A stretch of DNA of 64,000 nt from Patescibacteria group bacterium. Its GTDB lineage: Bacteria; Patescibacteriota; Patescibacteriia; Patescibacteriales; WJLG01. The stretch spans positions 3,334 to 67,333 of the forward strand of contig JAQTUZ010000005.1 of assembly GCA_028707065.1 (NCBI GenBank). Direction: 5' to 3'. Of this stretch, positions 1-7,492 are shown piece after piece. Under the pieces are notes generated by a model that was not told the origin of the DNA, ran no database searches, and was given only the letters and a program-made list of their open reading frames with translations. Each line of letters starts with the position of its first letter. Position 1 is the first letter of the stretch. The position numbers were made by a program, and so were the translations under genes.

Positions 1-10
1 TTGCGAACTT

Positions 11-43
11 AAAAGCGGCAGTCCCCTGACGGGAGACTGCCGC
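11..43 (-). terminator. candidate intrinsic terminator after ftsX
   Basis: GC hairpin gcggcagtcccc-tgac-gggagactgccgc at 15-43 (one bulge). On the minus strand it is followed by UUUU (plus aaaa 11-14). It lies 49 nt past the ftsX stop at 92. Confidence 0.55.
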
Positions 44-91
44 ATGGCAAAAAATATACTAAATACCAAATACTTTATACTTTATACTAAT

Positions 92-1006
92 CTACGCTTG
101 CGCGTAACGACGGGCCGCCCACCAGCTGGCCAGGATATTGATCGCGGCAATACCAACGAATTCGCCGCCGAAGATTTCGAAGAAGTGGCGGTTAAAATAA
201 TCAATCAGATTGATATTGTAGCCGACGAAAAACGCTTCCAAATACGGCTGCAACAAGGAGAGGAAAGGATAAAACAGCAAGATAATAATGATCACGCCGA
301 ACAAAGTGTAAAAAAGGCTGGAAACCAAAAACGGCAAATAAATAAAGGAGTTGGGCGCCCCGACCAAGCGCATGATATTTATTTCCATATTATGCGTGTA
401 AATGGCGACGCGGATCGCGTTGAAAATAACCATTAAGGTGATAAAGACGAAAATCGCGCTCAAGATCAAACCGGCCTTGGTGACTTTGTCGGTCACGGAA
501 TTAATTTTATCGAGCATGGTCTGGTAGTCAGTAAAATTCCGCGAATCAATGATCGTCGAGGCGATGCGGTCCAGTCCGTGCGTCAAATTATCGATGGCGT
601 CGGCGTTCTTCGGCTGAATGATCAAAGTCGGCGTCAGCGGATTTTTTCCCAATTCCCGCAGCGCCTGCAAAATTTCCGGATTATCGCTGTTGTTCCGCTG
701 AAAGATGCTCAACGCTTCCTCCTTGGAAACATATTTGACCGCTTTCACGTCGCTTAAATTTTCCACTTGCGCTTTTAAAGCCATGATCGCGTTTTCTTCA
801 GCGTCCGGTTTGAGATAAAGGCTGACGTCGATTTTATCTTTGATGGCGCCGATAGCGGCATCACCGATCACTTTCACCACCAACAGCATATTGATGGAAA
901 AAAGCGCTAAAATCAAAATCATCACTGTCACGATCGACAGCCAAATGTTGCGGGACAAATCCTGTAAGCTGAATTTTATAATTCTGTAAAGCGAGAGAAA
1001 AAACAT
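92..1006 (-). CDS. ftsX: cell division ABC transporter permease FtsX
   Basis: The ORF-track 92..1027 uses a GTG that runs into the REP element. The first ATG at 1006 gives MFFLSLYRIIKFSLQDLSRNIW. Topology is one N-terminal TM, a large external loop and three C-terminal TMs, directly downstream of ftsE. Confidence 0.85.
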   Translation of the reverse strand: MFFLSLYRIIKFSLQDLSRNIWLSIVTVMILILALFSINMLLVVKVIGDAAIGAIKDKIDVSLYLKPDAEENAIMALKAQVENLSDVKAVKYVSKEEALSIFQRNNSDNPEILQALRELGKNPLTPTLIIQPKNADAIDNLTHGLDRIASTIIDSRNFTDYQTMLDKINSVTDKVTKAGLILSAIFVFITLMVIFNAIRVAIYTHNMEINIMRLVGAPNSFIYLPFLVSSLFYTLFGVIIIILLFYPFLSLLQPYLEAFFVGYNINLIDYFNRHFFEIFGGEFVGIAAINILASWWAARRYAQA

Positions 1007-1018
1007 ATAGTATTTATT

Positions 1019-1125
1019 GAAACCCACCCCGTCCGCCCGGGGCGGACACCCCTCCTGGGGAGGGGAATAATATGAAACCCACCCCGTCCGCCCGGGGCGG
1101 ACACCCCTCCTGGGGAGGGGAATAA
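1019..1125. repeat. tandem pair of GC-rich double-hairpin REP-like elements (55-bp period)
   Basis: gaaacccaccccgtccgcccggggcggacacccctcctggggaggggaataa occurs at 1019-1070 and again at 1074-1125. Hairpin 1 is gtccgcc/ggcggac and hairpin 2 is cccctcc/ggagggg. It lies between ftsE and ftsX. Confidence 0.85.
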
Positions 1126-1140
1126 ATTTTAAATTGAAAA

Positions 1141-1821
1141 TTAAAGAAGGTACTTCGCCCTTTCCCGGTCGGAAACGATGCAGCCGTTGTCGATGGTGAT
1201 CACTCTTTTGTTGAGGCGATTGACGATCTCTTTATTGTGGCTGACTAAGACGACTGTGGTACCGAACTTATTGATATGCAAAAGCAAGTCGGTGATCTCA
1301 TTGGCGTTGATCGCGTCCAAATTGCCGGTTGGTTCATCGGCCAAGAGCACTTTCGGGCTATGAACCAGAGCGCGGGCGATGGCGGCACGCTGCTTTTCGC
1401 CGCCGGAAACTTCGTGCGGATAGCGATCCATCTTATCTTCCAAGCCGACGATCTTCATCACCCGGGGAATGATATCCTTGATCCTTTTCGAAGATTGGCC
1501 ACAGACTTCCAGGGCGAAAGCCACGTTTTCAAACAAAGTTTTTTTAGGCAGCAATTTGAAATCCTGAAAAATAACGCCGATCTGCCGGCGCAAATACGGC
1601 ACTTCCCGGCCGCCGATATTGGTAATATCCCAGCCGCCGATGACGATCTTTCCCTCGTTGATCTTTTCTTCGCCGATCATCGCCTTGACCAAAGTCGTCT
1701 TGCCCGATCCGGACACTCCGACGATCGAAACAAACTCGCCCGGTTTGATATGCAAATTCACGTCCTTTAAGACTTGAATTTCGGAAGTATATGATTTATA
1801 GACATTGAATAATTTAATCAT
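1141..1821 (-). CDS. ftsE: cell division ATP-binding protein FtsE
   Basis: Walker A GVSGSGKTT, ABC signature VSGGEKQR, Walker [12 protein letters not shown], 226 aa. It precedes ftsX on the same strand. Confidence 0.92.
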   Translation of the reverse strand: MIKLFNVYKSYTSEIQVLKDVNLHIKPGEFVSIVGVSGSGKTTLVKAMIGEEKINEGKIVIGGWDITNIGGREVPYLRRQIGVIFQDFKLLPKKTLFENVAFALEVCGQSSKRIKDIIPRVMKIVGLEDKMDRYPHEVSGGEKQRAAIARALVHSPKVLLADEPTGNLDAINANEITDLLLHINKFGTTVVLVSHNKEIVNRLNKRVITIDNGCIVSDRERAKYLL

Positions 1822-1844
1822 AATTTGTATTTTGGGTATATAAT

Positions 1845-1950
1845 GCGAATCTACGAATTGTACGCGAATACTACAAATAGATTTAACGAATTAACGATGG
1901 ATAATTCGTTAAATAGTTCGCGGTATTCGCGAAAAATTCGTAGTATTCGT
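1845..1950. repeat. composite inverted repeat built from CGAATACTACGAA words (family B)
   Basis: Left arm gcgaatctacgaattgtacgcgaatactac, right arm cgcggtattcgcgaaaaattcgtagtattcgt. The central 13-bp hairpin is atttaacgaatta / taattcgttaaat (1881-1914). Confidence 0.75.
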
Positions 1951-1957
1951 ATCATGT

Positions 1958-3691
1958 TTATTGCAATTTTCTAATTCCATACTGAATCAATTCTTGCGTC
2001 TCTGCCAAACTTTGTATTTTGGTCGTGGCGCCGAAATCCACCGCGATCAGCTCCTCCCCGGCAGATCCCGTCACTCTGGTCATTAAATTATATTGGTCCA
2101 GATAGCCGGTTTTGGAGCCGGTGACCTTTAAATTGTTGACGGCGGCAAAAACTCCGTCACGAATGAAATTATTGGTATTAGTCAAAGTATGTTTCTTCTT
2201 GGTATTGATGGTGACAAAGGAATATCTGGGAGCAACACTGATTTTTTGGATCACCGGATTCTTAAATATTTCTCTGATAATTATAGCATACTCGCGGGCA
2301 GTGCTCACGTTAGCGGGCGAAAGGCCGGTCGGTTCGATAAAATGGGTGCTGGTCGCGCCGATCGACGCGACATAGGCATTCATCTCGGCAAAGAAAGCGT
2401 CGCGGGAAAGTCCGGAGACCCTGACCAGGGATTCCACGGCATTATTGGCCGAACCGACCAGAGCGGAGTAAACCAAATCGCCGATCGTCATGGTATCGCC
2501 ATCGTTAACCGATAGCTTGGCCGATTCCGCCGGCAGACAATATTGATAATTATACAATTCATCTTGCTTTTTATAAGTTACCACGGTATTTAAAGAAGGA
2601 TGCTGATCGAAAAAAATTTTAATGGCGACTAGTTTGGATAAGCTGGCCAACGGCAAAACAGCGGAAGAATTCTTTTCCCAGATCACGCCGCCGGTTTTTT
2701 CATCAATGACGATCGCCGCCGCCGCTTTAATATCCGGTTCGGACATCGCTCCTGTTTTAGAAACGCCTAAAATACGCCCATTAGCATCCGGCGCCACATA
2801 AAGCGGCTGAATTCTGATGCTAACGATGCCGCTGCCGGCTTTGGCTATTTTTTTAAAAGCGACTTTATCCAAGTCCAGGATCCGATCGGGAAACTTATCC
2901 CTTTCCGGTCCAAAATCATTGATAGTAACATCGACTGATTTGTTATTGTCGATATTATAGACGCGTAATTTTGAACCCTTGGGGAAATCGATTGAAGCCG
3001 CAAAATTTCCGTTTTTATAAGCATACCAGCTGGCTTTGCCCGCGATCAGCACGGCCGGATCGCTCATCACCGCCACTTGGGCGTAAGGCAAGAAGATCTT
3101 GGCCGCTACTGTTTTTTTTGCCGGATCATCCGTGGTTGGCAATTCGCGCCAGGACTGATAATTTTTATCGTAAAAATAAATTCTTTTATAATACTGGTCG
3201 TTGCTGTTGTAGCTTAGCTTCAAAGTAATCGGCAATTTATTATTGTAAGCCGAATTGTTGCTCAAATCGAATTGATAGGTCGGGCTGATCTTTTCCAATT
3301 TCCACGGAGTCGGTAATTCATCGGTGACCGGCTGCGCTTGGATCTCGGTCGCGCCAATCAAAGATTTAGCCGGAAAAGATACGCTAAAATTATTATCAAC
3401 GGTGGACAAGGCACGCCCCTTGATCGCCGAGCTTGCATCCAGACTGACGCTGACCGCCTCCGTGTTAATCGCCGCGCTAGCGGCGGTTGTCGTAGCCGGC
3501 TGGGCTAGCGGAACGACTTTGGCCTGAGTGGCAAGAGGAACTGATGCGCCGGAAACTCCGCCATCATCAAAAACAATACCATCGGCGGCCAAAGCGGGCA
3601 GCACGCCGAAAGTAAGAAGTAAGAAGAAAGAAGTAAGAAGTAATTTTAATCCTTTAATCATAGCTCTGCTTGTCTTGATTTTATGAAACAT
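1958..3691 (-). CDS. secreted RlpA-like (double-psi beta-barrel) domain fused to serine-type D-Ala-D-Ala carboxypeptidase (peptidase S11)
   Basis: RlpA-like block ASWYAYKNGNFAAS..KLRVYNIDNNKSVDVTINDFGP. S11 motifs SxxK (ASLSK), SxN (GSANNA) and KTG (SKTGYL). The ORF-track start at 3811 reads through the octamer repeat (QPINQSTNQLI). ATG at 3691 (or 3661) gives a signal peptide ending LLTFGVLPALA. Confidence 0.8.
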   Translation of the reverse strand: MFHKIKTSRAMIKGLKLLLTSFFLLLTFGVLPALAADGIVFDDGGVSGASVPLATQAKVVPLAQPATTTAASAAINTEAVSVSLDASSAIKGRALSTVDNNFSVSFPAKSLIGATEIQAQPVTDELPTPWKLEKISPTYQFDLSNNSAYNNKLPITLKLSYNSNDQYYKRIYFYDKNYQSWRELPTTDDPAKKTVAAKIFLPYAQVAVMSDPAVLIAGKASWYAYKNGNFAASIDFPKGSKLRVYNIDNNKSVDVTINDFGPERDKFPDRILDLDKVAFKKIAKAGSGIVSIRIQPLYVAPDANGRILGVSKTGAMSEPDIKAAAAIVIDEKTGGVIWEKNSSAVLPLASLSKLVAIKIFFDQHPSLNTVVTYKKQDELYNYQYCLPAESAKLSVNDGDTMTIGDLVYSALVGSANNAVESLVRVSGLSRDAFFAEMNAYVASIGATSTHFIEPTGLSPANVSTAREYAIIIREIFKNPVIQKISVAPRYSFVTINTKKKHTLTNTNNFIRDGVFAAVNNLKVTGSKTGYLDQYNLMTRVTGSAGEELIAVDFGATTKIQSLAETQELIQYGIRKLQ

Positions 3692-3748
3692 TAATGATAC
3701 TTTAATAATACCAACAATTCGGATAATTGGGAAATAAATTTGCCGGAT

Positions 3749-3897
3749 AATCAGTTGATTGGTTGATTGGTTGATTGGTTGATTGGTCTGCAAATTTTGC
3801 GCTAAAATCAATTAATTTTACAAATCTTTTTAAAATTTTCGAAATCTTTTGTCTCGTAAACCAAGTAACCAATTAACTATTCCACTAATCGACTAAG
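3749..3897. repeat. family A inverted repeat, variant with 4 tandem TTGATTGG octamers
   Basis: Left arm aatcagttgattggttgattggttgattggttgattggtc (3749-3788). Right arm aaaccaagtaaccaattaactattccactaatcgactaag (3858-3897). The core between them is AT-rich. Confidence 0.65.
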
Positions 3898-3996
3898 GCC
3901 GAGATAGCTCAGCTGGTATCCGCGACGTCGCCGCTTTGAAGCGGCGCGCGCGGACCCGCTCACGGCCTTTGGCCGATGTAGCGGGGAGCGACGGTA
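3898..3996 (+). pseudogene. partial duplicate of tRNA-Thr positions 1-32, interrupted by a 67-nt GC-rich two-hairpin insertion
   Basis: 3898-3918 (gccgagatagctcagctggta) and 3986-3996 (gagcgacggta) match the tRNA at 4037 exactly. Nt 3919-3985 form two stem-loops, tccgcg..cgcgga and cccgct..agcggg. No anticodon 3' half, T arm or acceptor 3' strand follows. Confidence 0.4.
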
Positions 3997-4036
3997 ACTT
4001 CGCATAGCGCTTATTAAATCGTAATGTTAAATTCAA

Positions 4037-4109
4037 GCCGAGATAGCTCAGCTGGTAGAGCGACGGTATCGTAAACCGTAGGTCAGGGGTCCGATCCCCC
4101 TTCTCGGCT
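4037..4109 (+). tRNA. tRNA-Thr (anticodon CGU)
   Basis: Manual cloverleaf: acceptor gccgaga/tctcggc, D arm gctc-agctggta-gagc, anticodon arm acggt-aTCGTaa-accgt, T arm agggg-tccgatc-cccct. CCA is not encoded and a T-run follows. The T-loop has C where U55 is normally conserved. Confidence 0.8.
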
Positions 4110-4121
4110 CATTTTTTACTC

Positions 4122-4667
4122 TCATTCGATAAAATAGTCCCACCCCGGTTGCCAGGCCTTATTTTTTCTCCAATCATCAGCAAAGGCTTGCGCCCAAGCT
4201 TTTTTATTCAAAATTACTTCCAAGGCGAGTTGCGGGGCTTTATGCCCAACAATGGCAATATTCTTTCCGTCGTAATTTTTTTTCAGAAAAACAATAAAGT
4301 CTTCGATTCTTTTTCTCACATCTTCATAACTTTCTCCATCGGGAAAATTTTCAGTAATAAATTTTTCTTGCAGAGGCTCGACAATCGAAGAAGCTCTGCC
4401 GTTATAATCACCGTAATTACATTCTCTCAATCTTTTATCAGTAAAAATTTTTATCCTATCCTCAAAAATTAATTTTGCAGAACTTGCCGCCCGGTCTAGA
4501 TCGGAACAAAAAACAACATCAAATTTCCTGCCCTTAATTTTATCTTTTAATTCTAAACATTGTTTGACACCCAAAATTGAAAGTTTTGCATCAGACCAAC
4601 CCGAGGAAATTTCTTTCTCATTATCTTCGGTTGTACCATGAACAAAATACGTTAGCTTGATTGACAT
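4122..4667 (-). CDS. histidine phosphatase family protein (phosphoglycerate-mutase-like)
   Basis: N-terminal YFVHGTTEDN, then SDLDRA, RECNYGDYNG, and a second His in IAIVGHKAP. The ATG at 4667 is preferred because the track start at 4691 overlaps the REP element. The canonical RHG reads VHG. Confidence 0.7.
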   Translation of the reverse strand: MSIKLTYFVHGTTEDNEKEISSGWSDAKLSILGVKQCLELKDKIKGRKFDVVFCSDLDRAASSAKLIFEDRIKIFTDKRLRECNYGDYNGRASSIVEPLQEKFITENFPDGESYEDVRKRIEDFIVFLKKNYDGKNIAIVGHKAPQLALEVILNKKAWAQAFADDWRKNKAWQPGWDYFIE

Positions 4668-4683
4668 AAATATTGTCGGGAAT

Positions 4684-4735
4684 AAACCCACCCCGCCTCG
4701 CCGGGCTCGGCACCCCTCCCGGGGAGGGGAATTTT
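4684..4735. repeat. GC-rich double-hairpin REP-like element
   Basis: aaacccaccccgcctcgccgggctcggcacccctcccggggaggggaatttt. It belongs to the same family as 1019-1125 and is nearly identical to 50831-50884. Confidence 0.8.
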
Positions 4736-4745
4736 CGTAAAAAAT

Positions 4746-4826
4746 GTTCGTAGTATTCGCGACTCATTTTAGTAAAATTCGCATGAGCCGCATTCGTAGT
4801 GCGGCAGACGAATCGGTAGTATTCGC
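4746..4826. repeat. family B word repeats (TTCGTAGTATTCG x3)
   Basis: ttcgtagtattcgc (4747-4760), attcgtagtgcgg (about 4792) and cggtagtattcgc (4814-4826). They are followed by attatatacccaaag, the inverted copy of tttgggtatataat at 1831-1844. Confidence 0.6.
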
Positions 4827-4854
4827 ATTATATACCCAAAGCTTTAAGATCAGA

Positions 4855-5262
4855 TTACTGACCGAAAAAATAGTTCCACCACTTAACCGGGTTGGAATTT
4901 TTTTTATCTGAATTGCCGTTGGCCGCGCCAAAAGCGGCGACGTTGCCGGACTGACCGGAATTTTCGATCACGGCCACATGCTCGCCGGGCATTTTTAAAT
5001 TCATGTTAAGCCGGGCTTCTTTTTCCACAAATTGGTCGGATTGCAAATATTTTTTCATCGCGGTCAAATCGTTATTGCTTGCTTCCAAGCTGCTGATCTG
5101 TTTTTGCAGATCGGCCACTTCATTATTGACGGCCAGGCGCTCGCGAGCATTCTGATAAACCGGCAAAATTATCACGGCGATCACAATCAAACAAACCAAA
5201 GTAAAAAAATAGGGGGTTAAAAAAAGTCCGGTCAAAATTTTTCTTTTATTATTTTTTCTCAT
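4855..5262 (-). CDS. septum formation initiator family protein (FtsB/DivIC-like)
   Basis: ATG at 5262 gives MRKNNKRKIL, one TM, then the coiled coil LQKQISSLEASNNDLTAMKKYLQSDQFVEKEARLNMNLKMPGE. The track N-terminus (5403) overlaps the upstream gene. Confidence 0.7.
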   Translation of the reverse strand: MRKNNKRKILTGLFLTPYFFTLVCLIVIAVIILPVYQNARERLAVNNEVADLQKQISSLEASNNDLTAMKKYLQSDQFVEKEARLNMNLKMPGEHVAVIENSGQSGNVAAFGAANGNSDKKNSNPVKWWNYFFGQ

Positions 5263-5276
5263 TTCTGATTGCAAAT

Positions 5277-6857
5277 TTATTGTTCCTTGCGGGTTTTGGG
5301 TGTTACCAGGAAACCCATATATTTTCCCAACATCAGGCGGGTTTGCGCGTCCAGCGCCGGAAAGGAACCGAAGAAAATTATTCCCACCGGCAGCAAGAGC
5401 CATTCGAAAACGATCATCACTCTTTTAAAGCGGCTGACCCCCACCGGCCTTCTGGGCATTAAAAGCGAAGAAACGATCGCCGAGATCAGCAAGCCGATCA
5501 TCGATAAGGTCATCAGGGTTTGCGTGACGCCGGGCAAATTGCCCGAAATAACCATGGCATTGAAAGCCTCGCCGCCGAAAAATAACGGCAGCCAACCAAC
5601 CACGCCGATGATCAGGGCGTTAGTCGCCCAGGAATGAAAACCGTAAACTTGGGTGAACATTTTATCCAAGGCGTCGCGCTTGGGCAAATCTTTCCAGCGT
5701 TTGACCGAATTGAAAATTAAATAGGGAATATTTTCCACTCCCCAGCCCCAGCGGCGCTGCTGCTTATACAAACTTTTCATCGTATTCCAGTTGTCTTGAA
5801 CCATAATCGAATCCATGGAGATCGGGAAAAAAATCGGTACGGCTCGATAATCGCCATTATAATGGAAATAGCAATGCCAATAGATCCGGGAATCTTCAGA
5901 AACCATGGTGGTTGACCAAAAACCGATATCGACCAAAGACCGCCAACTCATTGAATGGGAAGAATAAGTGGCCAATTTGTCCGGACGGATCTGCTGCATC
6001 ATCTGCCAAAAAGTATTGCTTGAGGCGGCGACGCGGGAAAAAAACGGCACTTCCCAGACATTATTATGATAGAGCGGAATAGGCTGATAGCTGACGCGAT
6101 AAGGCTTGGTCAACGTCAAAAAGTAATAAGTCAGGCAATGAAAAAAACCGGGATAAACCACCGTGTCGCTGTCGAAAACACTGACCAAAATTTTATCGTA
6201 GGGAATCTTTTCCGGGTCAATCAGTTCTTCCTTGACTTTCCGTCCCGCCCAAGTCTGATTTGCACCCTTGCCTTTTAACTCCCCGACGATCCCGTCAGGA
6301 TGAATGGTTACTAAAAAATTCCGGAATTTTCCGGCAAACTCTTGCTTGAGGATCGCCGCTTTATCCAAACCCTTCTGCCCTTCGCGTTCCTCGATCGCCA
6401 AGACATAAATAATATTTTCCACGGGAAAATGATCGTCAACTATCGACTGAATGCTCGAACGCAAAACTTCAACCGGTTCCACGGCCGTGGGCACGATGAC
6501 CAGGTGAATGACATCCCGATAAGTAAATCCTTTTTTAACCAAGCTGTCAGCCGGCAATTTACCGGCAGTGGCAATATTTAACTCTTCGCATTTGCGGCGC
6601 CAATCCATCGAACGCATTTTTTTCATCTTAAAATACGATGTGAACAGCATTACACCCAGATAAAGCACCAACAGAAGCCAATAGACATCAAAGGCGATGA
6701 TAAAATAAGCCACCCAAACCGGTTGGAAATAAGAAAAGATGATGAGAATCAGCAAAGTCCCCCAGGAAAAAGCGCCGGGAAAAATTTCGAGTATTCGATA
6801 AAATACGCGGTCGCCGCCGGTCAATTCAGTCGCCTTGCCGATTTTTAAATAATCCAT
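5277..6857 (-). CDS. membrane-embedded processive family-2 glycosyltransferase (cellulose/chitin/PNAG-synthase-like)
   Basis: Two N-terminal TMs, GT2 core with the DSD motif (FDSDTVV) and the Q(Q/R)xRW motif (QQRRWGWG), and several C-terminal TMs. Confidence 0.85.
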   Translation of the reverse strand: MDYLKIGKATELTGGDRVFYRILEIFPGAFSWGTLLILIIFSYFQPVWVAYFIIAFDVYWLLLVLYLGVMLFTSYFKMKKMRSMDWRRKCEELNIATAGKLPADSLVKKGFTYRDVIHLVIVPTAVEPVEVLRSSIQSIVDDHFPVENIIYVLAIEEREGQKGLDKAAILKQEFAGKFRNFLVTIHPDGIVGELKGKGANQTWAGRKVKEELIDPEKIPYDKILVSVFDSDTVVYPGFFHCLTYYFLTLTKPYRVSYQPIPLYHNNVWEVPFFSRVAASSNTFWQMMQQIRPDKLATYSSHSMSWRSLVDIGFWSTTMVSEDSRIYWHCYFHYNGDYRAVPIFFPISMDSIMVQDNWNTMKSLYKQQRRWGWGVENIPYLIFNSVKRWKDLPKRDALDKMFTQVYGFHSWATNALIIGVVGWLPLFFGGEAFNAMVISGNLPGVTQTLMTLSMIGLLISAIVSSLLMPRRPVGVSRFKRVMIVFEWLLLPVGIIFFGSFPALDAQTRLMLGKYMGFLVTPKTRKEQ

Positions 6858-6930
6858 TAGTTGATTAGTTAATTGGTTAATTAGTTTGGCTGTATTTTAG
6901 CTTATTTCAATTAATTTTTATTACCTGCTA

Positions 6931-6959
6931 TTGACTTTATTAAAATTTTATGATATATT
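6931..6959 (+). promoter_or_regulatory. sigma-70-like promoter for the small plus-strand gene
   Basis: TTGACT (6931-6936), 17-nt spacer, TATATT (6954-6959), about 70 nt upstream of the ATG at 7030. Confidence 0.55.
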
Positions 6960-7029
6960 AAATTTATTAAACAATAAAATTGCACTTACGCGTTCATTCC
7001 AACTCAATGATTTCTCAAGGAGGTTTTTC

Positions 7030-7296
7030 ATGGATTCTTCCGCTTGCATTTTCTTTATTGCCTTTTCGGGTTTTGGTTTCCTTTGTTCTGTTTTTTATTG
7101 TTGTTATACGATTAAGACCAGAAAACCCGGAGACAACGATATGCTTACGCCAGTTGTAATTTTTATTGGATTAATGTCTTTGTGTATCTGCCTTATGGCC
7201 TATTATAGATACATACAAACATCCAATTTACCTCAATCGGAAATGGCAACAAAACAAACAATTACGGTACCTCTAAAAACGCCGTTGAGGCGATAG
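7030..7296 (+). CDS. small (88 aa) two-TM membrane protein, unknown function
   Basis: AGGAGG (7018-7023) lies 6 nt before the ATG at 7030. It has its own promoter and terminator and two hydrophobic helices (ACIFFIAFSGFGFLCSVFYCCY, VVIFIGLMSLCICLMAYY). The track start at 6931 is a TTG inside the promoter. Confidence 0.6.
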   Translation: MDSSACIFFIAFSGFGFLCSVFYCCYTIKTRKPGDNDMLTPVVIFIGLMSLCICLMAYYRYIQTSNLPQSEMATKQTITVPLKTPLRR

Positions 7297-7320
7297 TGGT
7301 TATCGTTAACCAATCTCGAG

Positions 7321-7350
7321 CGCTCAGGATTTTTTCTTGAGCGTTTTTTT
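7321..7350 (+). terminator. intrinsic terminator of the small plus-strand gene
   Basis: 8-bp stem cgctcagg / cttgagcg (one G-U pair), 7-nt loop, then TTTTTTT (7344-7350). Confidence 0.65.
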
Positions 7351-7492
7351 AAAAACTTTATAGATATCGGTCGAAGTTTATCCTCGTGAAAACAGGAATC
7401 AATATAACACAACAAAAAAAATAAACGCCTGGATTTTCCCGACAACCTATTTCGCAAAAAAACTAAGTACCTAATCGACTAATTAACTAATT

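Noticed and set aside
3749-3788. Tandem short repeats (TTGATTGG x4 and the other word arrays) considered as a CRISPR array or a protein-coding repeat.
   Set aside because: The units are 7-10 nt and contiguous with no spacers, no cas genes are present, and the arrays occur as inverted arm pairs. The in-frame translation (QPINQSTNQLI) is an artefact of an upstream false start.
3898-4109. A single intron-containing, split or permuted tRNA spanning both tRNA-like segments.
   Set aside because: The downstream copy (4037-4109) is a complete 73-nt cloverleaf on its own. The upstream segment lacks the anticodon 3' strand, T arm and acceptor 3' strand, so a partial duplicate is the simpler reading.
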